From the NCBI GenBank assembly GCA_965232285.1, contig CBDDPL010000004.1, positions 1,623,893 through 1,687,892 of the forward strand: a stretch of DNA of 64,000 nucleotides, read 5' to 3'. This document shows positions 44,915 through 54,551 of this stretch, one piece after another; positions within the stretch are counted from its first letter, which is position 1; the number at the start of each line of letters is the position of its first letter. The notes under the pieces were generated by a model. That model made no database searches. It worked only from the letters and a program-made list of their open reading frames with translations, and was not told the origin of the DNA. Source of the DNA: Denitrobaculum sp. GTDB taxonomy: Bacteria; Pseudomonadota; Alphaproteobacteria; Kiloniellales; Kiloniellaceae. Both the position numbers and the translations under genes were made by a program.

Positions 44915-45472
44915 ATGCGGATGATGCTTGCCGCGGGAAGCATGCTGGGCCTTCTCGCCGGCTGTGCTTTCTCCTTCCCGGATTATCCGCAGCGATGGGC
45001 GCCGCCCATGGCATCGACCGATGCCTGCACGCAGCTTACGGGGGTCTATCTGAACGCGGGTGAACGGGGTGACGACAGGTCGAACTGGGACCCTGAGTTG
45101 CGCGCCTTTCTGTTCGACAGGGGCGCTAAAGTCAAAGATCCGGAACGCATTGAGCTTGAATTCACCGACGAGGGCAAACTGCATGTCCGGGCTGTGGGAC
45201 CGTCAGGTCTTATTGCGGAAACCTGGCTCTCCGAGGCGGATTCAACATTGGCCTGCACCGGCGAAGGTGCCGAGATCAAGGCATATAGCGGCATTACCGA
45301 CACGCCCGGCAATCCGGTCGTGGGCTATGAGCATCATTCGAGATTACTGATAAAGGCCAGGGACGGCTCGCTGGTCGTCAAATCGGCCAGCGGCGCTTTC
45401 GGTCTGGTATACCTGTTCCTGCCTGCCGGAGCCAGTGAGCACGCCTGGTACCGTTTTCCCGCCGCTGAGTGA
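44915..45472 (+). CDS. lipoprotein of unknown function
   Basis: Signal peptide with lipobox LLAGC. Confidence 0.65.
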   Translation: MRMMLAAGSMLGLLAGCAFSFPDYPQRWAPPMASTDACTQLTGVYLNAGERGDDRSNWDPELRAFLFDRGAKVKDPERIELEFTDEGKLHVRAVGPSGLIAETWLSEADSTLACTGEGAEIKAYSGITDTPGNPVVGYEHHSRLLIKARDGSLVVKSASGAFGLVYLFLPAGASEHAWYRFPAAE

Positions 45473-45496
45473 CAGGCACCGGGCGGCGGGCCTGCT

Positions 45497-47572
45497 TCAG
45501 TGCTCCTTTCCGCGCTCCGCCTTGACCTTGGCCCGCGCATCCTCGATCTCGCGTTCGCGCAGGTAGTCATCGGTGGTGCGGGGGATCGGACGGTCGGCGG
45601 CCATGAATGGGCTGTCCGTGGCCTGGAACTGGGAGACCACGCGGCAGTCCTCGCACATCTTGATGCGCTCGATGGCTTCCGGGTTCTGGAACATGGAGTG
45701 CTTGTTGCCGAGCTTCTCGATGATCTTCTCGATCGAGCCCTTGGAGCCGAAGGGCTTGCCGCAGCTCACGCACTCGAAGGGTTCTTCCTCCTTCACCAGC
45801 TTGGCGTTGCGGGCCTCCGGCGTGAAGTTCATGCGCGGCTCCAGCGCCATGACGCTTTCCGGACAGGTCGCGACGCAGAGGCCGCACTGGATGCAGGCGG
45901 CCTCCTGAAAGCTGAGCTGCGGCTTGTCCGGGTTATCCACCAGTGCACCGGTGGGGCAGGTGCTGACGCAGGCCAGGCAGAGCGTGCAGTCCTCGGCATT
46001 GATCTCGACGGCGCCGAAGGGCGCGCCGGCCGGCAGGGGCAGAACGTCGATCGGGGCCGGGGCCTTGGCGTGCAGGTGCTCAATGGCCATGCGGGTGTTG
46101 GTGCGCTTGCCGCTCATCAACAGGAAGGACGCGGCCTCGGCCTGATCCCGTTTGCCCAGGCCGCCCAGTCGTGCGGCGAGCGCCTCCGGGTCGGTCTCGA
46201 CCAGCAGGTCGGTCCGTGCGCCGCCATATCCGAGGCCTTCCATCACCGCCTCTGCCATGCCGATCTGTGAGGCCAGGCCGGCCAGCTCGCCCTGCTGCTG
46301 GGGAGAGGCCAGCAACAGGACCTGGCTGGCGCCGTAGGCGTAGGCGGCCGAAAGGATGTCGAAGCCGACCTGGGTGACTTCGCTGACCGCGAAGGGAATG
46401 ACGTTGGCCGGCAGGCCGGCGCCGAAGCGTGCGACCAGCCCGATCAGGGGCGCGCCATGCTTTTCGTCGTGGAGCAGGAGCACGGGTGTTTCGCCACCTG
46501 CCGACCGATAGGTAGACAGCAAGGTGCGCAGGCGTTCGAGCAGGTCGAAGCTGCTGGGCGCCGCATAGCCGGCGGCACCGGTCGGGCAGACGGCACTGCA
46601 GGAGCCGCAGCCGGCGCAGACGAAGGGATCGAACTCAACGATATCTCCGGCCGACGTGATTGCGCCGGTGGGACAGACATCGAGGCAGCGGTTGCAGCCG
46701 GGTTTGCGGCTGCGTGAATGAGCGCAGAGGTCCGCGTCGAACTTCACATAGAGCGGCTTTTCGAACTCGCCGTTCATGTCGCTGAGTTCGAAGAGGGCGC
46801 GTTGCACGGCGGCCGGGTCGCCGGGATCGGGCCGGAAGTAGCCGTCGCGTTTTTCGTGTGCGGGAAAGAGCGGCGTGCCCCCGGTCAGGTCCAGGATCAG
46901 GTCGCACTTGGAGGAGGCGCCGTCGCGCGCGGCCTCGAAGGCCATGGCCCCGCGGGCCGAGACCACGCTGGGCGCATAGTCGTTCACCACGATCTCGAAG
47001 GCGCCGAAGTGGCCCTTTGCGGCGGCGACAGTGCCCTTGAAGATCGGCACATCCATCATGGCCGGCGGCATGACCTCGCCGGGGTTACTCAGCAGGACGG
47101 TGACATCGAGCCGGCCGGCAAGCTGGCGGGCGGCCTCGATGGCGGTTTCGTCACGGCCGTAAACCAGGCAGGCGCCCTCAGACTGCATGGGCAGGCCGGG
47201 GGCGGGCTGGACCGGCACGGCGGCTTCGGCGAGCAGCGCGGCGATCTTCGGGGTTGCCTTGCCGGCCTGGTCCGACCAGCCGGCGGTTTCACGGATGTTG
47301 ACGAAGCGCGCGTCGCCCTCGAAGCCGGCTTCTTCCAGGACCTCCTCGAAAAGCGGCGCCTCCTGGGTGCAGGCGATGGTGATGGCGTCGGCTTCTGCCG
47401 CGGCCTGCTGGACTGCTTCGATCTGGGCGCGGCAGAGCTGCGAGCTAATCTGCCCGGCATCACTCCGGCCGCAGGCAGCCGCCAGGGCGTCGCCCTTGAG
47501 CGGCATGGTGTTTTCGCAGTTGCAGACGAACAGGCGCTGTTCGTGTTTCGACGTCGGACCGCCGTTATCCAT
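45497..47572 (-). CDS. large multi-cluster 4Fe-4S ferredoxin-domain protein (formate dehydrogenase locus accessory)
   Basis: Several CxxCxxCxxxCP motifs (CNRCLDVCP, CAGCGSCSAVCP, CTLCLACVSTCP, CIQCGLCVATCP). Divergent from the DUF3305/DUF3306 genes. Confidence 0.85.
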   Translation of the reverse strand: MDNGGPTSKHEQRLFVCNCENTMPLKGDALAAACGRSDAGQISSQLCRAQIEAVQQAAAEADAITIACTQEAPLFEEVLEEAGFEGDARFVNIRETAGWSDQAGKATPKIAALLAEAAVPVQPAPGLPMQSEGACLVYGRDETAIEAARQLAGRLDVTVLLSNPGEVMPPAMMDVPIFKGTVAAAKGHFGAFEIVVNDYAPSVVSARGAMAFEAARDGASSKCDLILDLTGGTPLFPAHEKRDGYFRPDPGDPAAVQRALFELSDMNGEFEKPLYVKFDADLCAHSRSRKPGCNRCLDVCPTGAITSAGDIVEFDPFVCAGCGSCSAVCPTGAAGYAAPSSFDLLERLRTLLSTYRSAGGETPVLLLHDEKHGAPLIGLVARFGAGLPANVIPFAVSEVTQVGFDILSAAYAYGASQVLLLASPQQQGELAGLASQIGMAEAVMEGLGYGGARTDLLVETDPEALAARLGGLGKRDQAEAASFLLMSGKRTNTRMAIEHLHAKAPAPIDVLPLPAGAPFGAVEINAEDCTLCLACVSTCPTGALVDNPDKPQLSFQEAACIQCGLCVATCPESVMALEPRMNFTPEARNAKLVKEEEPFECVSCGKPFGSKGSIEKIIEKLGNKHSMFQNPEAIERIKMCEDCRVVSQFQATDSPFMAADRPIPRTTDDYLREREIEDARAKVKAERGKEH

Positions 47573-47913
47573 AAAAATGTCTCCTCGCCGTCCTGGCCTG
47601 AAGGCCCGCCGCGCTGGCGGGGCATGGGCTGCAGATGTCGTGCCTCACCATCTGGTTCCCCGGTCCGGTTTCCGCAATTCCCGGCTCGGATCCTCAAATG
47701 GCAAAGCGGCGTTGCCTGCCGCCGTTATCGACTATATTTCGAGCGCCCTGTGCGCGCAGTAAAACACAGAGCCGTCGTCGCCAAAACTCAATCTTGCGGA
47801 ATCTTTGCTGTTTTTGCCTTCAGTTAAGCGTTACTTGTTTTGGGAGGCGCTTTTGCCCAGATAGATAAAAACAACAGCATTCGGGCCTGAAAGGCCTTTG
47901 GACAGGCGGGAAT

Positions 47914-48447
47914 ATGGAAAAGGAAATCTCGATGCCGCTGGGCGTGGTGGTCGAGCGGCGGGCGATCGACAACCCCTGGCAGGACTATAGCTGGCGGCCG
48001 GTGGCGGTCATTCCGGGCGCGGCCCCGGTCGAGGCCTGGACCGAATTGAGCCGTGACGACGCCTCGGTGCGCTTTCACGCCGCGACCCTCCCGCTGGTGC
48101 TGCATCGTAAGGAAACCGAGGCCTACCGCCAGAATCTCTCGAACAATCCGCCGGTGGTCTATGTGGTCTTGGAGCCGGACACCCAGCCGGACGCGGTCTA
48201 TGAGTACAAGCCGGCTTCGGTGACGGTCTCGCCCTATGAGGCGCAGGACTCGCTCGATTCGGGCGAGGAGATCGTGGAGGGCGTGACCCTGCCTGATGGC
48301 ATGATTGCCTGGGTGCAGGCCTTTATTGACGCGCACCACGTGGACGAGCCCTTTAAGAAGCGCAAGCGCAAACGCTACGCGACCCATGACGTGGAATTCG
48401 GCAAACCGCCGCCGGTCGCCAGGAAGCGCGGCGGGGGAGGGCACTGA
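47914..48447 (+). CDS. DUF3305-like protein
   Basis: 177 aa. Position and N-terminal LGVVVERR..DNPW...WRPVAV pattern as remembered for DUF3305 next to FDH loci. Family assignment from memory. Confidence 0.6.
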   Translation: MEKEISMPLGVVVERRAIDNPWQDYSWRPVAVIPGAAPVEAWTELSRDDASVRFHAATLPLVLHRKETEAYRQNLSNNPPVVYVVLEPDTQPDAVYEYKPASVTVSPYEAQDSLDSGEEIVEGVTLPDGMIAWVQAFIDAHHVDEPFKKRKRKRYATHDVEFGKPPPVARKRGGGGH

Positions 48448-48448
48448 A

Positions 48449-49183
48449 GTGTCTGGCGACGAGGACAAGGGTGAAGGTTTCCTGCGCCGCTGGTCGCGCC
48501 GCAAAGGCACGCAGCCCAAGGCGGAAAGCTCAAAAGGCGACAGCGAGGCGCAGACGGCTCTGGCCGAGCCGGCCGCTGAAGCGCAACTGGAACTGCCGCC
48601 GGAGGCGCCGGTCCGCGGCCGCATGATCACCACGGCGCCCGGCGAGGTGGAAGCAGCGGGCGCGCCGGAAGAGGAAACCGAAGTCGACGAGGCTGACCTG
48701 CCCGATGTGGAGAGCCTGGAGGCGGATTCGGATTTCACACCCTTCCTAAAGAAAGGTGTGTCGGAACAGCTTCAGCGCCGCGCCCTGCGGAAGCTCTGGC
48801 TGTCGGATCCGGTGCTGGCCAATGTGGACGGCCTGCTGGATTACGGCGAGGATTTTACCGACGCGGCCATGGTGGTGGCGGACATGAAGACCGCCTATAC
48901 GGTCGGCCGCGGCATGGTGCCGCCCCCCGAGGAAGAACTGCCCGAGGAGGGGACGGAAGAAGAGGCGGTGCCGGAGGCCGCAGCTTCTGAGGTTGACGAT
49001 CCGGGAGCTGCCGATCCGGAGGCTGCCGACTCAAAGATCGCCGGGCCGGAGCAAGCGGTGTCGGATGCGGAAATCTCCGATGAGGACGAATCGGATTCGC
49101 CCGTCGCGTCGAAAGACGAAGCGATTGAGCCCGCGGAGACGACGCCGGGTGGCCGAAATGTGGCAGACCGATCCGAAACTTAA
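48449..49183 (+). CDS. DUF3306-like protein
   Basis: GTG 48449 lies 1 nt after the preceding stop codon. N-terminal GFLRRWSRRK motif and acidic low-complexity body. Confidence 0.55.
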   Translation: MSGDEDKGEGFLRRWSRRKGTQPKAESSKGDSEAQTALAEPAAEAQLELPPEAPVRGRMITTAPGEVEAAGAPEEETEVDEADLPDVESLEADSDFTPFLKKGVSEQLQRRALRKLWLSDPVLANVDGLLDYGEDFTDAAMVVADMKTAYTVGRGMVPPPEEELPEEGTEEEAVPEAAASEVDDPGAADPEAADSKIAGPEQAVSDAEISDEDESDSPVASKDEAIEPAETTPGGRNVADRSET

Positions 49184-49449
49184 TACCGCAAATAATACTC
49201 ACTCTTAACAACCCGTTTGTGTGCTGAATAATGCATGCAAAAACCGCCCGAAAAATCTTTCTAAAACTGCAGGTACTTTTTGCGGCGCACCTATGGCTAT
49301 TGCTGGCATTTAGTATGGAATTTTTGCGGCGCACAAATTTCATTGAGATTTTGTTCGCATCGCGTCACAGCAAAGTGTTGAGACCGAATTGGGAAGTTGT
49401 CATACTCTGAACACATCAAGAATAAGAAAGCATAGGGGCGCTCCCCGGA

Positions 49450-50067
49450 ATGGTTCATCCATCCGCAGTGTCAAAGACAGAAACCTTATCCGAAGAAGAT
49501 CTTCTTCGGGCTCAGATGTATCGCTTCCTGGCGCGCCTCCTGGCCGCGCCGCCGGATGCGGGCACGCTTGAGGTTGTATCGCGTCTGAAAGGCGATGATA
49601 CGGACCTTGGGCGGGGCCTGAGCACCTGTGCGCTTCTCGCTGGAAAAACCTCGGTTGCCGATGCCGAGCGTGAATACAATGCACTCTTTATCGGATTGGG
49701 ACGCGGGGAGCTGGTGCCCTTCGGTTCCTACTATCTGGCAGGTTTCCTGAACGAGAAGCCGCTCGCCAAACTGCGCCAGCACATGATTCAGCTTCAGATG
49801 GCCCGGGCGGATGAGGTATCCGAACCGGAAGATCATATCGCCTCGCTCTGTGAGATGATGGCGGGCATGATCGACGGCCTCTATGGCGGTGAGGATAATC
49901 TGCACGGACAGCAGGCGTTCTTCGAAGCGCACCTCGCCTCTTGGGCGCCGCAGTTCTTCCAGGATCTGGAAGGCGCCGAATCTTCGAAGCTCTACGCCCC
50001 GATCGGTACCGTCGGACGCGTATTCATGGAAATCGAGTCGACTGCGTTCAAGATGGTCGTCGATTGA
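49450..50067 (+). CDS. TorD/DmsD-family redox-enzyme maturation chaperone
   Basis: LLRAQMYRFLARLL...EYNALFIG...PFGSYY motifs. Confidence 0.8.
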   Translation: MVHPSAVSKTETLSEEDLLRAQMYRFLARLLAAPPDAGTLEVVSRLKGDDTDLGRGLSTCALLAGKTSVADAEREYNALFIGLGRGELVPFGSYYLAGFLNEKPLAKLRQHMIQLQMARADEVSEPEDHIASLCEMMAGMIDGLYGGEDNLHGQQAFFEAHLASWAPQFFQDLEGAESSKLYAPIGTVGRVFMEIESTAFKMVVD

Positions 50068-50252
50068 GGTAACATACTGATTTAACAGGGCAATTGTTTT
50101 ATCAGGGCAAGAAAAGCATAGCGGTGGTTCGGTTCCCCAAATTGCGGAGAGGGGGATCGGGCGAAAGCGGCGGGAAGTGGAATCCTGACGCTCGAGCGAT
50201 GCTTTGATTGCCGAACCGTGCCGCGTGCCGGCACAAACGAGAGGTGGATCCA

Positions 50253-50450
50253 ATGAAAGAGGAACGGGCTCAGAAAACGGCCAAGCGCCGTGATTTCCTG
50301 AAGCTTGCCGGCCTCGGTGTTGTTTCGGCGGGGGCCGGTTTGGCCGTCACGTCGAAAGACGCCGAGGCGGCGGAGGCATCGTCTGCGGGCGGTGCCGACT
50401 ATCGCGAGACCGAGCACGTCAAGACGTACTACGACCTCGCGCGCTTCTAA
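50253..50450 (+). CDS. small Tat-signal protein, 'formate dehydrogenase region TAT target' family
   Basis: KRRDFLKLAG twin-arginine signal and C-terminal YRETEHVKTYY, which fits the family motif Y-[HRK]-x-[TS]-x-H-[IV]-x-x-[YF]-Y. Confidence 0.8.
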   Translation: MKEERAQKTAKRRDFLKLAGLGVVSAGAGLAVTSKDAEAAEASSAGGADYRETEHVKTYYDLARF

Positions 50451-50520
50451 GCGACTTTCCACCAGACATTCTGATTTCGCCCGGTTGGGCAACCTGCCGG
50501 GATTCGAGTGGGAGAGAAAT

Positions 50521-53394
50521 ATGCTCAGGAAAAAAGTAAACGGAGCGTCGCGGAGCCCGCGCCTTTCGAAGGCCCTGTCCGGCATGACCGGCGGCGCCAT
50601 CGATCGCCGTACCTTCTTGCGGCGTTCCGGTTTGACCGCAGGCGGCCTCGCGGCCGCGGGTGCGGTTACCGGCGGTATGGTCAAGAAAGCCGAAGCCCAG
50701 GGGGCCGGCACCGCTGCCAAGATGGACATCGTGAAGTCGGTCTGCACGCACTGCTCGGTCGGCTGTACGGTTCTGGCCGAAGTGTCCAACGGCGTCTGGG
50801 TCGGCCAGGAGCCCGGCTTCGACAGCCCCTTCAACCTCGGTGCTCACTGCGCCAAGGGCGCTTCGGTGCGCGAGCACGCTCACGGCGAGCGGCGCCTGAA
50901 GTACCCGATGAAGCTGGTCGACGGCGAGTGGAAGAAGCTTAGCTGGGACGACGCCGTCAACGAGATTGGCGACAAGATGCTGTCGATCCGCCAGGAGTCG
51001 GGTCCCGACGCGGCCTACTGGCTGGGTTCGGCGAAGCACAACAACGAACAGGCCTATCTGTTCCGTAAGTTCGCCGCCTTCTGGGGCACGAACAACGTCG
51101 ACCACCAGGCGCGTATCTGTCACTCGACCACGGTCGCGGGTGTTGCCAACACCTGGGGCTACGGTGCGATGACCAACAGCTACAACGACATCCACAAGAG
51201 CCGGGCTATCTTCCTGATCGGCGGTAACCCGGCCGAAGCGCATCCGGTGTCGCTGTTGCATCTTCTGAAAGCCAAGGAAGAGAACAACGCGCCGCTGATC
51301 GTCTGTGATCCGCGCTTTACGCGCACCGCCGCGCACGCTGACGAGTTCGTCCGCATGCGTCCTGGCACGGACGTGGCCCTGATCTGGGGTATCCTCTGGC
51401 ACCTCTTCGACAACGAATGGGAAGACAAGGAATTCATTCGCCAGCGCGTCTGGGGCATGGATCAGATCAAGACCGAAGTCGCCAAGTGGAATCCGGAAGA
51501 GACCGAGCGGGTCACCGGCGTTCCCGGCTCGCAGCTCAAGCGCGTCGCGCGCCTGATGGCGAACAACCGTCCGGGCACCGTGATCTGGTGCATGGGCGGT
51601 ACCCAGCACACCAACGGCAACAACAACACCCGGGCTTACTGCATCCTGCAGCTCGCGCTGGGCAACATGGGCACCTCCGGCGGCGGCACCAACATCTTCC
51701 GCGGCCACGACAACGTTCAGGGTGCCACCGACCTTGGCGTGCTCTGCCACACCCTGCCGGGCTACTACGGCATCAAGGCCGGTTCCTGGAAGCACTGGTC
51801 ACGTGTCTGGGATGTCGACTACGACTACATGCTCGGTCAGTTCCAGGACGAGAAGCTGATGCAGACCGCCGGTATGCCGGTGTCGCGCTGGATCGACGGC
51901 GTTCTGGAAGACAAGGCCAACATGGATCAGCCGGACAACGTCCGCGCCATGGTCTTCTGGGGGCATGCACCGAACTCGCAGACCCGTATGACCGAAATGA
52001 AGACGGCGATGGAGAAGCTCGACCTGCTGGTCGTGATCGATCCCTACCCGACCGTTTCGGCCATCCTGCACGACCGCAAGGACGGTGCCTATCTGCTGCC
52101 GGCCTGTACCCAGTTCGAGACCTACGGTTCGGTGACGGCCTCCAACCGTTCGATCCAGTGGCGCGACAAGGTGGTCGAGCCGCTGTTCGAGTCCAAGACC
52201 GACCATGAGATCATGTATCTCCTGGCCGAGAAGTTCGGCTTCGCCGACCAGATGTTCAAGAACATCAAAGTCGAGGGCAAAGAGCCGCTGATCGAAGACA
52301 TCACCCGCGAGTTCAACAAGGGGATGTGGACGATCGGTTATACCGGACAGTCGCCGGAACGCCTGCGCAAGCACATGGCGAACCAGCACACCTTCGACCG
52401 CACCACACTGCAGGCGGTCGGCGGTCCCTGCGACGGCGAGTACTACGGCCTGCCCTGGCCGTCATGGGGTACGGCGGAAATGGGGCATCCCGGCACGCCG
52501 AACCTCTATGATCCCTCCAAGCCGGTGGCCGAAGGCGGCCTCTGCTTCCGCGCCCGCTTCGGCGTGGAGCGGGAAGGCGAGAACCTCCTCGCCGAGGGCT
52601 CCTATCCGGTCGGTTCGGAGATCAAGGACGGCTATCCCGAGTTCACCATGGCCATGCTCAAGAAACTGGGCTGGGATGGCGATCTCACGGATGACGAGCG
52701 CGCTTCGATCGAAGCCGTGGCCGGCGACAAGACCAACTGGAAGACCGACCTTTCCGGCGGTATCCAGCGGGTCGCCATCAAGCATGGCTGTGCACCCTTC
52801 GGCAATGCCAAGGCGCGGGCCGTGGTCTGGAACTTCCCGGATCCGATCCCGCTCCACCGCGAGCCGCTCTACACGCCACGCCGCGATCTGGTCGAAGACT
52901 ATCCGACCTACGAAGATCGCAAGATGTATCGTCTGCCGACCATGTATGCGTCGATCCAGAAGAAGGACTTCTCGAGCGACTTCCCGACCATTCTGACCTC
53001 CGGTCGTCTGGTCGAGTACGAGGGCGGCGGCGACGAGAGCCGTTCCAACCCCTGGCTTGCTGAGCTTCAGCAGGACATGTTCGTGGAGATCAATCCCTTC
53101 GATGCGAACTCAGCCGGGGTCCGCGACGGTGCCATGGTCTGGGTCCATTCGCCGGAAGGCTCCAAGGTCAAGGTCATGGCCATGGTGACAGAGCGGGTTG
53201 GACGCGGCGTAGCCTTTATGCCCTTCCACTTCGGTGGTCACCTGGAAGGTGAGGACAGAAGGTACCGCTATCCGAAGGGCGCCGATCCCTATGTGCTCGG
53301 TGAATCCTCGAACACCGCGCAGACCTACGGGTATGACTCGGTGACCAACATGCAAGAAACCAAGGCGACGCTCTGCCGCATTGAGCTGGCGTAA
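50521..53394 (+). CDS. formate dehydrogenase catalytic (alpha) subunit, molybdopterin oxidoreductase, Tat-exported, Cys-type
   Basis: Tat signal DRRTFLRRSGL. N-terminal CTHCSVGC...C Fe-S motif. Active-site block HQARICHSTTVAG with Cys where E. coli FdnG has selenocysteine. Confidence 0.95.
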   Translation: MLRKKVNGASRSPRLSKALSGMTGGAIDRRTFLRRSGLTAGGLAAAGAVTGGMVKKAEAQGAGTAAKMDIVKSVCTHCSVGCTVLAEVSNGVWVGQEPGFDSPFNLGAHCAKGASVREHAHGERRLKYPMKLVDGEWKKLSWDDAVNEIGDKMLSIRQESGPDAAYWLGSAKHNNEQAYLFRKFAAFWGTNNVDHQARICHSTTVAGVANTWGYGAMTNSYNDIHKSRAIFLIGGNPAEAHPVSLLHLLKAKEENNAPLIVCDPRFTRTAAHADEFVRMRPGTDVALIWGILWHLFDNEWEDKEFIRQRVWGMDQIKTEVAKWNPEETERVTGVPGSQLKRVARLMANNRPGTVIWCMGGTQHTNGNNNTRAYCILQLALGNMGTSGGGTNIFRGHDNVQGATDLGVLCHTLPGYYGIKAGSWKHWSRVWDVDYDYMLGQFQDEKLMQTAGMPVSRWIDGVLEDKANMDQPDNVRAMVFWGHAPNSQTRMTEMKTAMEKLDLLVVIDPYPTVSAILHDRKDGAYLLPACTQFETYGSVTASNRSIQWRDKVVEPLFESKTDHEIMYLLAEKFGFADQMFKNIKVEGKEPLIEDITREFNKGMWTIGYTGQSPERLRKHMANQHTFDRTTLQAVGGPCDGEYYGLPWPSWGTAEMGHPGTPNLYDPSKPVAEGGLCFRARFGVEREGENLLAEGSYPVGSEIKDGYPEFTMAMLKKLGWDGDLTDDERASIEAVAGDKTNWKTDLSGGIQRVAIKHGCAPFGNAKARAVVWNFPDPIPLHREPLYTPRRDLVEDYPTYEDRKMYRLPTMYASIQKKDFSSDFPTILTSGRLVEYEGGGDESRSNPWLAELQQDMFVEINPFDANSAGVRDGAMVWVHSPEGSKVKVMAMVTERVGRGVAFMPFHFGGHLEGEDRRYRYPKGADPYVLGESSNTAQTYGYDSVTNMQETKATLCRIELA

Positions 53395-53408
53395 GGAGGA
53401 ACTGAGAA

Positions 53409-54005
53409 ATGGCAAGAATGAAGTTTCTTTGTGATGCCGAACGCTGCATTGAATGCAACGCCTGTGTCACGGCTTGTAAGAACGAGCATGAGGTTCCCTG
53501 GGGCGTAAACCGCCGCCGCGTCGTCACCATCAATGACGGCAAACCCGGCGAGCGCTCCATCTCGGTGGCCTGCATGCACTGTTCGGACGCGCCTTGCATG
53601 GCCGTCTGTCCGGTGGACTGCTTCTATCAGAGCGAAGAGGGCGTGGTTCTCCACTCCAAGGACCTCTGCATCGGTTGCGGCTACTGCTTCTACGCCTGTC
53701 CTTTCGGCGCGCCGCAGTATCCGCAGGCTGGCAACTTCGGTTCCCGCGGCAAGATGGACAAGTGCACCTTCTGCAACGGCGGCCCGGAGAACAACCACAG
53801 CGAAACCGAGTTCCAGAAGTATGGCCGGAACCGTCTCGCCGAGGGCAAGCTTCCGCTCTGCGCCGAGATGTGCTCGACGAAGGCCCTGCTTGCCGGTGAC
53901 GGTGACACGGTCTCGGACATCTATCGCGAGCGCGTCGTCGCCCGCGGCTTCGGGTCCGGAGCCTGGGGCTGGGGTACGGCGTACCAGGCGAAGACCGGCG
54001 GTTGA
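53409..54005 (+). CDS. formate dehydrogenase iron-sulfur (beta) subunit
   Basis: AAGGAGGA RBS. CIECNACVTAC, CMHCSDAPC, CIGCGYCFYACP, CTFC cluster motifs. Confidence 0.9.
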   Translation: MARMKFLCDAERCIECNACVTACKNEHEVPWGVNRRRVVTINDGKPGERSISVACMHCSDAPCMAVCPVDCFYQSEEGVVLHSKDLCIGCGYCFYACPFGAPQYPQAGNFGSRGKMDKCTFCNGGPENNHSETEFQKYGRNRLAEGKLPLCAEMCSTKALLAGDGDTVSDIYRERVVARGFGSGAWGWGTAYQAKTGG

Positions 54006-54034
54006 TACCCGCGCGGAACAGTCTGTGAGTTTGG

Positions 54035-54064
54035 GGGGCGGCCTTTTTGCCGCCCCTCTTTATA
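54035..54064 (+). terminator. rho-independent terminator or attenuator after the FDH beta gene
   Basis: Stem GGGGCGGC/GCCGCCCC with a 6-nt loop, followed by TCTTTATA. Confidence 0.5.
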
Positions 54065-54245
54065 CCAAGGGTCACTCTCAACGCTCCTTGGTATCGAAGT
54101 GCCCGAATCTGCCGCGGAGCTATCGGGACGTTGGTCCCCGCAATGACGACGGGCTGGTTCGGACGACAGAGTGCGGTCGTTCTTGACAGTGACGATCAAG
54201 GGCGAGAATCGCCCTCTAACGATTTGAAGTGAGAGGGATTGAGCG

Positions 54246-54452
54246 TTGAAAAAGACGAAACAGTCTCGACGCGATTTCATAACTTTCGGCGGCTCCCTTC
54301 TGTTGGGCCTGTCCCTGGCGGCCTGCCGAAAAGAGGAGCAGGGCCGGGCCCTTCGCTATGAAAAGGGAACCTATCTGGGGCCGGCGGACGAGAGCCTGTC
54401 CGAGGAGGATCTGATGGAGTTGCGTCAGCGCGCATCGCATCAGAGGCAGTAA
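54246..54452 (+). CDS. 68-aa Tat-signal lipoprotein, unknown function
   Basis: TTG start after a GAGAGGG RBS. SRRDFITFGG twin-arginine motif followed by lipobox LAAC. Confidence 0.5.
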   Translation: MKKTKQSRRDFITFGGSLLLGLSLAACRKEEQGRALRYEKGTYLGPADESLSEEDLMELRQRASHQRQ

Positions 54453-54551
54453 AGCGACAGCCGTTTTCTGTTGGCGGCGTGGCGGGCGCCGCTTGCGAAA
54501 GCGGTCAAGCAAAACAAGAGATCATGCAGTTCATGCATTGGAAGGGTGACC

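Noticed and set aside
50521-53394. Checked the FDH alpha gene for an in-frame TGA (selenocysteine) and a split ORF.
   Set aside because: The ORF is continuous and the Mo-ligand position is Cys. No recoding is needed.
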